From: Rhizodiscina lignyota
Taxonomy: Eukaryota
DNA: 64,000 bases
Direction: 5' to 3'
Assembly: GCA_010015805.1 (NCBI GenBank)
Contig: ML978121.1
Location: 1,054,001 to 1,118,000 of the forward strand
A program made the translations under genes and the position numbers. Below, piece after piece: positions 12,249 to 22,445 of the stretch. The stretch's first letter is position 1. Every line of letters begins with the position of its first letter. A model generated the notes under the pieces. That model was given only the letters and a program-made list of their open reading frames with translations, searched no databases and was not told the DNA's origin.

Positions 12249-13452
12249 ATGGTCAAAAAGAAGCAGGGACGAAAAGAAAAGTCTTTTGAAACTGGAAGGC
12301 GCCGGCGAGCGGAGCTCGTGACCGAAGAGGAAGCTGACGAGAATTCATTGGCCCTCCGCAAGGAATGGCTCGAGCGCGAGTCCAAGAGACAAAAGATGGA
12401 TGGCGTATCTGGCGACGGCAACCAGGAAGCGGATTTCATTCCTTTTCCGACGGGCGTGGATGATGGACCGCAACCCGTTTCTCAAACGGATGAACTGAAA
12501 TTGTCCAGAAAACAGAGAGACCAGCCGATGAAAAAGGAGAAGAAGAAGAAGTCGAAGAAAGAGCAGAAGAAGGCAGAAAAACTAGCTAGTCAAGAAGCCC
12601 GTGAAGAACCGGATGCGAACGGGACATCTCTGAACGCAAACGAGCCCTCCACGTTGAAGAAATCGAAGAAACGGAAGCGAAACGAAGTGGAAGATGCAGA
12701 AGGGGGGGTTGCTTCACTTCCTCAATCCGATGCACCTGCAAGCGAACATGACGGAAAGCAACCTGAGGACTCATCCAAGGGCTCACATCAACGATTCATT
12801 GTATTCGTTGGTAAGTCTACCATCTCTGTCATTGCATGTCCATTACAACGTAGCTCTAATCATGCAATAGGCAATCTTCCGTACTTAGCAACGGCACAAT
12901 CTATAAAGGACCATTTCAAGAAAATCGCTCCTTTCAAAGTACGGCTCAGTTCGGACAAGAAGACGGGAATGTCAAACGGCTATGCATTCCTTGAGTTCGA
13001 TCGGTTCGATCGCATGAAGACATGCCTTGAGCTTTACCATCACTCCCACTTCATAGAGGGCAAGGATTCCAGGAAGATCAATGTCGAGTTGACGTACGTA
13101 TAGCTTCTGTTTGTACTGCTATCTTAAGTTTTACTAACATCTAGTGCGTAACAGTGCGGGAGGCGGCGGACATGGCGAGGCGAGAAAGTCCAAAATCCAG
13201 GCGAAGAACGAAAAACTCCAAGAAGAGCGCAGTGAACGCAAGATAAAAGAGCGCAGACGCGAGGAGTCTCATACCAGGAAGATCCAGAAACAAACCAAGA
13301 AGCGGAAAGAGATGCGAGAAAAACGTCATAATCGCCCTACAGGAGCGAACGGGACAGTAGTCGGTTCAAACCACAAGTCGACGAACGGGTCTGCAGACCA
13401 GGTCAACCACGATGGGATCCATCCAAGCAGAAGGGCACAGATGCAGACATAG
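12249..13452 (+). CDS. NOP6: Nucleolar RRM protein, Nop6-like
   Basis: Lys-rich N-terminus. RRM RFIVFVGNLPY...GYAFLEFDRFDRMKTCL...RKINVELTAGGGG and C-terminal GIHPSRR. Introns 12811-12870 and 13094-13154. Confidence 0.85.
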
Positions 13453-14488
13453 AGGGCTGATATAACTTTGACGACCTTAGTGTGTGGATTTTCTGGATCT
13501 ACTTCCGAAATTCACACTTGTTTCACATCTTCTATGCTCCGTCTTCCCACTGATATCCCAAATGATGCCTTAACATCGGTTAACCCTAACCCTAGCCCTT
13601 GATTCATGCCACCATCTGATACCAATATGATGCTGAAATTGACATTAAACGAAACATGAAAGACCAATTCTTCCTTATTCAACAGCTGGAACCGAGTTTA
13701 GAGCCGTATCTCATCGGTAGGATGATCGAGTGGTATCAGGTAAAGTTGATAAATGCAGAAAGTAAAAGGACAAGAGGATAAAAGGACGGTAAAAGAACAA
13801 ACTTAGATCAACTAATTTCTTCGCCCGAGTCACGAAAAGTAACCTATTTCTATGAAGTCATGTACCCCCAGAATATCTCCAGGCACATCCGAGAGTGGAT
13901 CGCGAGAGCTTGAAGAGGCCTAAAGCTGATAAAAATTCCTTTTCACCTCTTACTATTCGGTGCCGACAATCTCTACCCGAATTTGGAGGCTGAGGCTGAA
14001 ATGTGCTGTACGACATCGTGAACTCCTCTGTGAAATTCACGGGAAGCGGAACGTCCAGGCAGAGCTCTCCAGGCGCTCTTGGAGCGCATGAGAGGGTATT
14101 TGAAAGGGGGTGACGAAGCAAGATTCCGAATCATTCCAGGCTCCGCGACAGCCATTGTTACAGAGCTAGGCGTGTAGAGGGAGCTTGTGCTGCTTAGTGA
14201 GCTCCCTTGTAAGCTACCATTCGTGCTTAGTAGCTTGATCTGCAGCTCCGCAGAAGCATAGGTAATGTGCGAGCTTGGGAGCCGAAAGTGCTGCTCTTAA
14301 AGTGCTTTTGATCCCGCGCGTCCGTGAGCGGGCCAAGCTGGCGTTGCGGGGCACTCAACTGACGATTCTCACGTTCTCAACTACACTTTATCCACCCCTC
14401 CATACAAAAAATTTCCCTCTCCACACCAGCCTTTGCAAGAATCTTCTGAACACGACTTCTGTACGTGCTAGGAAGATCAATTGTAGCC

Positions 14489-17056
14489 ATGGGAAACTAC
14501 GGTGAGCTCGACGAGCTTGCTATCAACACCATTCGACTACTTGCTGTACGTCATTATGAATTGCATCCGCAAAATTCTTCATTTCGTGGACCTGCTTCTG
14601 CATATCAGCTCCAGCGTGTCGTCGACGAGCTCAGAATGCTAATTGCGATCGAATATAGGTCGATGCCACCTTTCACGCAAACTCCGGCCACCCCGGTGCG
14701 CCGATGGGCATGGCGCCGGTCGCCCATGTCCTCTTCAACAAGTTCATGAGCTTCAATCCGAAGAACCCAAAATGGCCGAACCGTGACCGCTTTGTTCTCT
14801 CGTAGGTGCTCATTTTGCTACATACATTTGGAGGGGAGCACTCTCAACGTCTGCTTCCAAGCTGGTCGAAGATTGGCCGAGTTCCTGTTGGGAAGAATTT
14901 ACCCGGGAAAATTGCAGCGCTCAACAGGCTGCGATTGAGCTAGCAACGACTTCTTGATGTGTTGATGCTGCTTCAAACCAAACTTGTAGAGCTAGATGGA
15001 GAACTTGCACGCTGACTTGATCTAGGAACGGCCATGGTTGCATGCTCCAGTATGCGCTCCTGCATCTCTTTGGCTATGCGCTTAGCATGGATGATCTCAA
15101 GCACTTCCGCGTAAGTTGTGGTGTACTTTCCGAGGACCGATTTGACTGACTGGCTGCCTGTAGCATGTTGACAGCATCACACCTGGCCACCCCGAGTCCC
15201 ACGACACACCTGGCATCGAGGTTACCACTGGTCCTCTCGGTCAAGGTTTCTCGAACGCGGTTGGCCTCGCAATTGCACAAGCTCACACTGGCGGTGTGTT
15301 TAACAAGCCCGGATTCGACCTTTTCAACAACCACACCTACGTTTTCTTCGGTGATGGCTGTGCTATGGAGGGCATTGCTAGCGAGGCTGCCAGTTTGGCT
15401 GGCCACTTGCAGCTTGGCAACCTCATTTGCATCTACGACGACAACCACATCTCAATTGGTAGGCGGACCAGCTTCAGAATTAAGTGGCACAGAAACTGAC
15501 TCGATTCCTTTACAGATGGCGACACGAAGGTCTCATTCACGGAAGATGTCACGAAGCGATTCGAGGCATACGGCTGGCACACCCAGTGGGTCCAGCACGG
15601 TGACAACGACTACGACGCTATCGAGCAGGCCATCCAAAAGGCCAAGGACGTCACGGACAAGCCCTCGATGATCAAGCTCACCACCACCATTGGCTTCGGT
15701 TCCCTGCATCAAGGCACTGGTGCCGTGCACGGAAGCGCCCTGAAGAAGGACGATATCGTGCAAGTCAAGAAGAAGTTCGGCTTCGACCCAGAGAAGAGCT
15801 TTGTCGTTCCTCAGCCGGTCTACGACATGTACCACAAGCACGCTGCAGATGGTGCCGCGAAGGAGCAGGAGTGGAACAGCTTGCTTGAGAAGTACAGCTC
15901 TGAGCACAAGGAGCTTGCCGAGCAGCTGAAGCGCCGCCTTACTGGTGATTTGCCCAAAGGATGGCAAGAGAAGCTGCCGACCTACAAGCCCACCGATCCT
16001 GCCATCGCCTCTCGCAAGCTCTCTGAATCCGTCCTCGAGGCCATCCACGAGGTCGTCCCCGAGCTCCTGTCTGGTTCTGCCGATCTGACGGGCTCGAACA
16101 ACACTCGCTGGAAGAATGCCGTTGACTTTCAGCCTCCCAGCCTTGGAATTGGTGACTGGACTGGCCGCTATCTCCGCTACGGCGTTCGCGAGCACGGTAT
16201 GGCCGCCATCATGAACGGTATGTCTGCTTACGGCACCATCATTCCTGCTTCCGGCACTTTCCTCAACTTTGTCTCCTATGCTGCCGGTGCCGTCCGCCTC
16301 TCCTCGCTCTCTCACCAACGCGTGATCTACATCGCGACCCACGACTCCATCGGTCTTGGTGAGGACGGCCCTACTCACCAGCCTATTGAGACACTCGCCC
16401 ACTTCCGTGCTCTGCCCAACATGATGGTCTGGCGTCCCGCCGACGGTAATGAGACCAGCGCTGCGTACTACATGGCGCTCACCAGCAAGGAGACGCCTTC
16501 TATCCTTGCTCTCACCCGCCAGAACCTACCCCAGCTCGAGGCCAGCAGCATCGAGGGCGCGATCAAGGGCGGTTATACCGCGCTGGAGGACAAGAATGCG
16601 CAGATCACGCTCGTCTCGACTGGTTCCGAGGTCAGCATCTGCCTCGAGGCCGTCAAGTACCTCAAGGATAACAACAACATCGTCGCCCGTGTCGCCTCGC
16701 TGCCATGCTGGGAGGTGTTCGATGCGCAGTCCAAGGAGTACAGGCTCAGCGTCATCCCCGACGGCATCCCGTCCATGTCCGTTGAGGTCATGACCACACT
16801 TGGCTGGGAGAAGTACAGCCACGACCAGTTCGGATTGAACAGGTTCGGTGCTAGCGGCGCGTATAAGGACGTCTACAAGGTGCGTTTTCTACACTATTTA
16901 ACTTGTTCTACGAGCATGATTTGCTAATCCGTCACACAGAAATTCGAATTCACGCCCGAGGGCATTGCCAAGCGCGCCGTTGCCACCGTCGACTTCTGGA
17001 AGGACGTCAAGCCCATCCGCTCGCCCATCAACCGTGCCTTCACTCAGCTCATCTAA
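14489..17056 (+). CDS. TKL1: Transketolase
   Basis: [35 protein letters not shown] (TPP motif), YGVREHGM and [16 protein letters not shown]. Introns 14546-14658, 14802-15025, 15111-15163, 15459-15515, 16880-16939. Strong C-ending codon bias. Confidence 0.98.
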
Positions 17057-17439
17057 GACAAGAGAAATCAAAAGAACGGCGAAGATGGGGATGCGGCAAA
17101 TGATAAAGGCTCTGGTTGGCATGGTTTGACGGTTGCTTTGGCTTTTTCCATGGCTGAATTAATGATGATTCTGAATTGTATGTAGATAGAGGATACACGA
17201 ATCGAACGTCGTTCATTCACGAGCATGCTATCTCCTCGAGATTTGATAAGCCGGTGATGTGTGATCGCGTTTCAAATTTTCTACCAGCAGACATACGCCG
17301 CTGAAGACTACCGTATTGCCTTGACCAAACTCCTACCGACACCAACGCTATGCTATCAACGACGTATAACTCGCTTCAAAGGAAAAGTGTGCGGTTTACG
17401 CACGATATAAATGGGTATCGAGCAATGATTCTCCAAACT

Positions 17440-18403
17440 TCAGCACGCAACCTCTCCGAACGGCGAGCTCTCCCTCAGGTCCTGCACCAGGTCTTCCACA
17501 TTATTAAGATACCGGCCCAGCAGCGTCTGCTTCTGCCTCGTCGTCCTGGTGTCCCTCTCCCCTGCCCCAGCACTCCTATCTGACTTCCCGCTGCCTCCTT
17601 TATCCTTCCCATTGCTATCTGCGGACCCGTTACTCCTTCCACTCCCACTCCCACTGCTGCCGCCGCTGCCGCCGACGCCGATGTCCTCGCTGTCTTCCAG
17701 CGTCTCCGGCATGAGGTAGAAGTATAGGAACTCGAGCACTTTGACTTTGACTTCTTGGCTCGCGAGCTTGTTTTTGAACAAGCTTGTCACCGTTGCTAGG
17801 CCGTCCACTTTCTCGAATGTGCGCGTGTTGCGCGGAGAGCTGAGCAGCGTCGCTACGAGGGTGAGCAGCGCGGCCGACTGGATTGAGGGGGGGTTGGAGG
17901 TCGGGTCGAGCAGGTCGAGGAGGAGGTTCATGGAGAGTGGGGTGGAGAAGAGTGAGCGCGACGGCGGGTGGAGTAGGAGGAGGCCTTGGAGGAGGGTGAG
18001 AGAGGAGCATATTAGAGTGTCATGTGCGGTTGTCGAAGGCAGGCCGAGGAGTGTGTTGAGGGTTGTTATGAGGCGTGTCGTTACTGGAAAATCACTGTTA
18101 GTGCTTGCACGAGAGAAGAGCAGAATAGTGGGCAGTACCATTCCATTCGAAGCCTTCTTGTAATCGCCAGAACTCTCTGAATGCCGGGTCCTCGTTTAAT
18201 GAGCCCAGTCTCTTCGGCGATTGCGGCGAGGAGGGCGACATTGTTAATTCTGACGAACTCCGCTTGTGTGGGCTGGACGGATGGGATGTTTGTGAGAGAC
18301 ATATTTGCGCGAGCAGGCCCTCAATCTGTCGCAGGCCCTTCCGTATCTTGGTCGGCTCCTTGGACGAGATGTTCTCGAAGGAGAGGGAGAGGAGCGACTC
18401 CAT
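17440..18403 (-). CDS. cdc14: Cell division control protein 14, SIN component (S. pombe cdc14 type; not the Cdc14 phosphatase)
   Basis: MESLLSLSFENISS...IRKGLRQIEGLLAQICL, DPAFREFWRLQEGFEWNV, LLQGLLLLHPPSR, NTRTFE, KVLEFLYFYLMPE and LLGRYLNNVEDLVQDL. Intron 18138-18084. Confidence 0.88.
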
Positions 18404-19217
18404 CGCGCTGCATTGGCGTGGAGGTGGTGCGCCTATGTGAGGTTGAAGCAGACGAAGATGTCGGGACCTATGCTCAGGAACGGCAAGGGTGGATGCGAGT
18501 TCTCCGCACTTCCCAGTCCCTCTAGGCCTGCAGTTGGGTTTGGACGAGAGCAGCGTGTCTCATGTTTGGCCCGACGCGTTGTCCGGCCAACCAGCCCACA
18601 CGGCAGCGCGAGTGTCAGCCCGATTACTGCCGCTCGGCTCACCGAGCAAGTCCCGTGGCGAGCCAAACCTTAGTGCCGCAGGATTCTGGTGGCACCCAAC
18701 GGTCGACGGGAACGGCGAGAGGGCTTGCGGCAGAGGGCAATAGTTGAGTTTGGAATCAAGCATAGTTCATGACTCTGCCCAAGGCTAGCACTCAAACAGC
18801 GCGCTCAAAGGGGGCTTCACGCTTCTGCAGTGCGAGGGAGAGGCCCGACTGGCCGCGCGACGTGCATTGGTGCTCGGGATGCCCTGGCAGCACTTCACCA
18901 CGCTGCAGAGCGTGAGGCATGGATGCTAAGCCAATGACGCCGGGCCTTGTGCCACAGCTCGAAGAAGAGCGTTCCTGACCACCGCGCTGCTTTTTCGCAG
19001 ACGCGACGATGCCCTTCTCCATCCTCTCGTGAGACGTGCTGAATCTGAGGGATGCAGCCGTCCGCCCTCCACGCCCCGTGCAATAGATGCCAGCACCGCC
19101 TTCGCTACCCGCATCAGCGTCACACGATCCCAAAGCGCGATTCCTTGTCGCCAGGCAGCCGCTAATAAGCTCCTCCGGTCCTGAGCTTCTGCAGCGGTGC
19201 AGGCGCGCAGAAACACC

Positions 19218-20850
19218 ATGAACCTTCTGCATCGCCGCTCTCAGCCAGCAACCTCTCAAGAGCGCGCCCAGGTAGCTTCTGCCTTACTGTACGAGAACCT
19301 CCAGTCGCCCAACGCCATCCCGCCGCGGACGAGCAGCTCCGGCGTCGTCGCCAACGGAGCAAGTCCGCCACCTCGCGCCGCCAGCAAGAAGGCGTCGTCG
19401 TCTGTCCTGCGCCCCATATCAGAGACGGACTGGCTGTCGCAGGGCAAGCGCGTCAGCCAGGAGCCTCTCGGCAAGCGAGCTAGCCGCGAGGCGCTGGGCA
19501 AGAGGAGCAGCCAGAGGATGACGAGCCCACCTCGCGACGGCGCCGAGTTTGATCCAGTCGACACCGTCCCAGGCGCGAACAGAGAACGGGACATGAGCGC
19601 TGCGCTGTTCGACGAGTCGCCACCTCCAAAGAGCCATCACCGTCGCTTCGAAATGGCTGAGCCTCTACCACATCGGACCTCTTCACGGCACAGATTGTCG
19701 TCGTCATTCGAATCAAAAGCCTCGTCAGCGAAAGCTGGGCCTTCACATCACTCAACACTATCCTCTCCACCTCCAGACCCTTCAAGAGGCTATGCAGACG
19801 AGCTCATTCACCAACGGCAGAGGCCGTGGCCGGCAGACAAGGAAAGAATACTGCTGGCGCCGTATAGCTACCTCCTCGAGCATCCGGGCAAGGACATCAG
19901 AAAGCAGTTGATTGCTGCGTTCAACGAGTGGCTGAACGTGCCAGAGGGCAGTTTAGTCATTATAACGCGGGTGATCGGAATGCTCCATACCGCGAGTCTA
20001 CTGTATGTTTGCCACCGAGCACTGTCATCTCGTCCTTTCGTCCCATCTTGAAGCCAAAACGTGCATATACTGACCAGCGTCCCACAGCGTCGACGATGTT
20101 GAAGATTCCTCCCTCCTCCGCCGCGGCGTGCCCGTCGCCCACTCCATCTTCGGCACCGCCCAGACCATCAACTCCGCAAACTACGTCTATTTCCTCGCCC
20201 TGCAAGAACTCACGTCCCTCCCCACCGCCACCAGCGCAATAAACATCTACACCCAAGAACTACTCAACCTCCACCGCGGCCAAGGCCTCGACCTCTTCTG
20301 GCGCGATTCGCTCACCTGTCCCACCGAAGCAGAGTATCTCGACATGGTGGGCAACAAGACGGGAGGTCTCTTCCGCCTCGCGGTGCGGTTGATGATGTCA
20401 GAGTCCAAGGTCGATGTAGATTGCGTGCCGCTGGTCAACACGATCGGACTGCTGTTCCAGGTGCTGGACGACCATTTAAATCTCCATTCGCCGAGCTACA
20501 CGCAGCGCAAGGGACTGTGTGAGGACCTTACGGAAGGGAAGTTCAGCTTCCCTATTCTACATGCGATTCGCGCGGACCCGCAGAATCTTACGCTCGTCAA
20601 TATTCTGAGGCAGAAGACGACGGACGAGGAGGTGAAGAAGTATGCTATTCAGTACATGGAGAAGATGGGGAGCTTCAAATATAGCAGGGAGGTCATGGAG
20701 ATGCTGAGGAGAAGGGCGGAAGAGAAGGTCAGCGAGGTGGAGGTCAGGGTCGGAATTGCAGGAGGTGACTCGGCGAAGAGGGGCGCGGAGGGTGTGAGGA
20801 GGATACTGGAGAAGATGAGAGCCAGTTATGAGGATGGAGATGTGGCGTGA
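19218..20850 (+). CDS. al-3: Geranylgeranyl diphosphate synthase (al-3/Bts1 type) with long N-terminal extension
   Basis: [27 protein letters not shown] (FARM across intron 20003-20087), [16 protein letters not shown] and FQVLDD...[11 protein letters not shown]. Confidence 0.93.
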
Positions 20851-21348
20851 AGCGTCGTTGGAGACCAAATTGAAGAAGTGGAGAGAAAAGTTCCGCAGGT
20901 TAAAACTGCTCGTCGATGCAGAGAGAAAAGCCCCGGCGACAAATTGATCACTTCAGGTCATTTGGCGGAGGTTTCTTTTTGGAAGCCAGACGAGGTGCGT
21001 ATGCCCCCTTTATGTGCGACGACGTTTACGTTCAAGTGGAGAGGCCAAGCGTGATTATTTATTGTAACCCTTCTATCATTATTTAATCTCAAAATGCTCT
21101 CTCTACGGAGGAGCCGGACAAATAGCATTCACATATTCTACTCAAGCACCACTCTCTGCTGTCACCAACGTTCATCGTCGATATCTTACCTCTTATTTGG
21201 ACAATGTGTATCTTGGAAGAGTGAGAAGCATGTGACTTGCGCAGACGACGGTAAGCATGTCCCTTTTTTCTAGAAGATGATATTGAAGCTTTGTTTTTTT
21301 TTCCATGGATGAAGAAAGAGTTGCTAAAAAAATTAGTCTTATATCTAA

Positions 21349-21537
21349 ATATTTATTTATACTTTATTATTATCAATTTTAAGTATATATTCAATAATGG
21401 GTACTACTGATTATTATGCTTTATTTAGAGCAAACTTTAATTATACTACTCAATTATACTTATTTTATGGTATATTTATAGCATTTGCTGTTAAAACTCC
21501 TACTATATTTTTAAATACTTGACTTTTAAGAGCCCAT
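21349..21537 (+). pseudogene. nad4: NUMT: nuclear insertion of a mitochondrial nad4 fragment
   Basis: Abrupt very AT-rich island. In the mould mitochondrial code (TGA=Trp at 21520-21522) it reads TLLLSILSIYSIMGTTDYYALFRANFNYTTQLYLFYGIFIAFAVKTPTIFLNTWLLRAH, matching the ND4 AFAVK.P....WL..AH motif. TTA/ATA codon usage. Confidence 0.93.
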
Positions 21538-21754
21538 CAAGGCGAAGATGGCTGGGAAGTTGAAAAAATCGAAAAGATTCAAAGCGTGAAAAGAAGGGGG
21601 GGGGGTTATACTCCGTATGTTGAGGCAGGCGCGACCTCACCTGCAGATTGCATTACCACATGACTGCTATGTGCGAAGTATCGTGCCACCCAATCAGGAA
21701 AGATCTGCGCCGTTGGCCATTACCATGCTTGGAGTCTGTCCGGGTCCTCTTTCA

Positions 21755-21940
21755 TCTTTTGAGGAAGCTCGGGAAGTGTCCAATTTGGCCGCTTGGAAGT
21801 CGGCCGAGTCTCGACGTATGTATCTTACTATACCTGTAGTACTCTTTTGAGGAAGCTCGGGAAGTGTCCAATTTGGCCGCTTGGAAGTCGGCCGAGTCTC
21901 GACGTATGTATCTTACTATACCTGTAGTACTCTTTTGAGG
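21755..21940. repeat. Perfect 88-bp tandem duplication bounded by TCTTTTGAGG
   Basis: Copies at 21755-21842 and 21843-21930 are identical by eye. The 10-mer TCTTTTGAGG recurs at 21755, 21843 and 21931. Confidence 0.97.
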
Positions 21941-22445
21941 GGTTAAAACTGGACAATGTTCCTGACTCGCGTTCGGCAACGTCACCTCCAGTGGAGCTCC
22001 CCCTGGTCATCGCATCCATGGGTCTGGCTGATAAATGAGAGCCGCATGCGCATCCGCTTTTCAACCTTCAAAAACTCTCCGGATTGCGAATCTCGTCAAA
22101 CTTTTACACTCTTTGATGAACCTTCGCTCCATTCCTGTTGCCTAATGTTATGGGTCTCACTTATTCCAGGCTTGCAACCTAGCAACTCCGAAGACAAGAA
22201 TAGAAGGCTGAGCTAGAACAGAGAGCTCCATTTGTGCGCCTTTCAATTCACGAATCAAACACAATAATGTTTCCCTCGAGAAGCCGGACAATTTGTTTCT
22301 CATCTCTGCGATCCAGCATTTGGATGCTCATCTTACAAGGAATGTTGCGCCTCCGTATCTACTGCTACCTCTCAGCCTATTCTTTGTCAAGCAATTCATC
22401 TCCTGACTTGTGAATCGGACACGCTTGCTTCTTCATTTTTTCACC

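Noticed and set aside
13716..13745. tRNA-like D-arm (GGATGATCGAGTGGT)
   Set aside because: No T-arm (GTTCRA) or acceptor-stem pairing follows.
14802..15025. Possible intronic ncRNA in the long TKL1 intron 2 (short inverted repeats GTGCTC/GAGCAC, GCTCAA/TTGAGC)
   Set aside because: No clear C/D or H/ACA boxes; 6-bp stems are expected by chance.
15533..16402. 289-aa minus-strand ORF
   Set aside because: Antisense shadow of the codon-biased transketolase.
21755..21940. CRISPR-like repeat-spacer pattern
   Set aside because: The intervening sequences are identical, so this is a simple tandem duplication. The context is eukaryotic with no cas genes.
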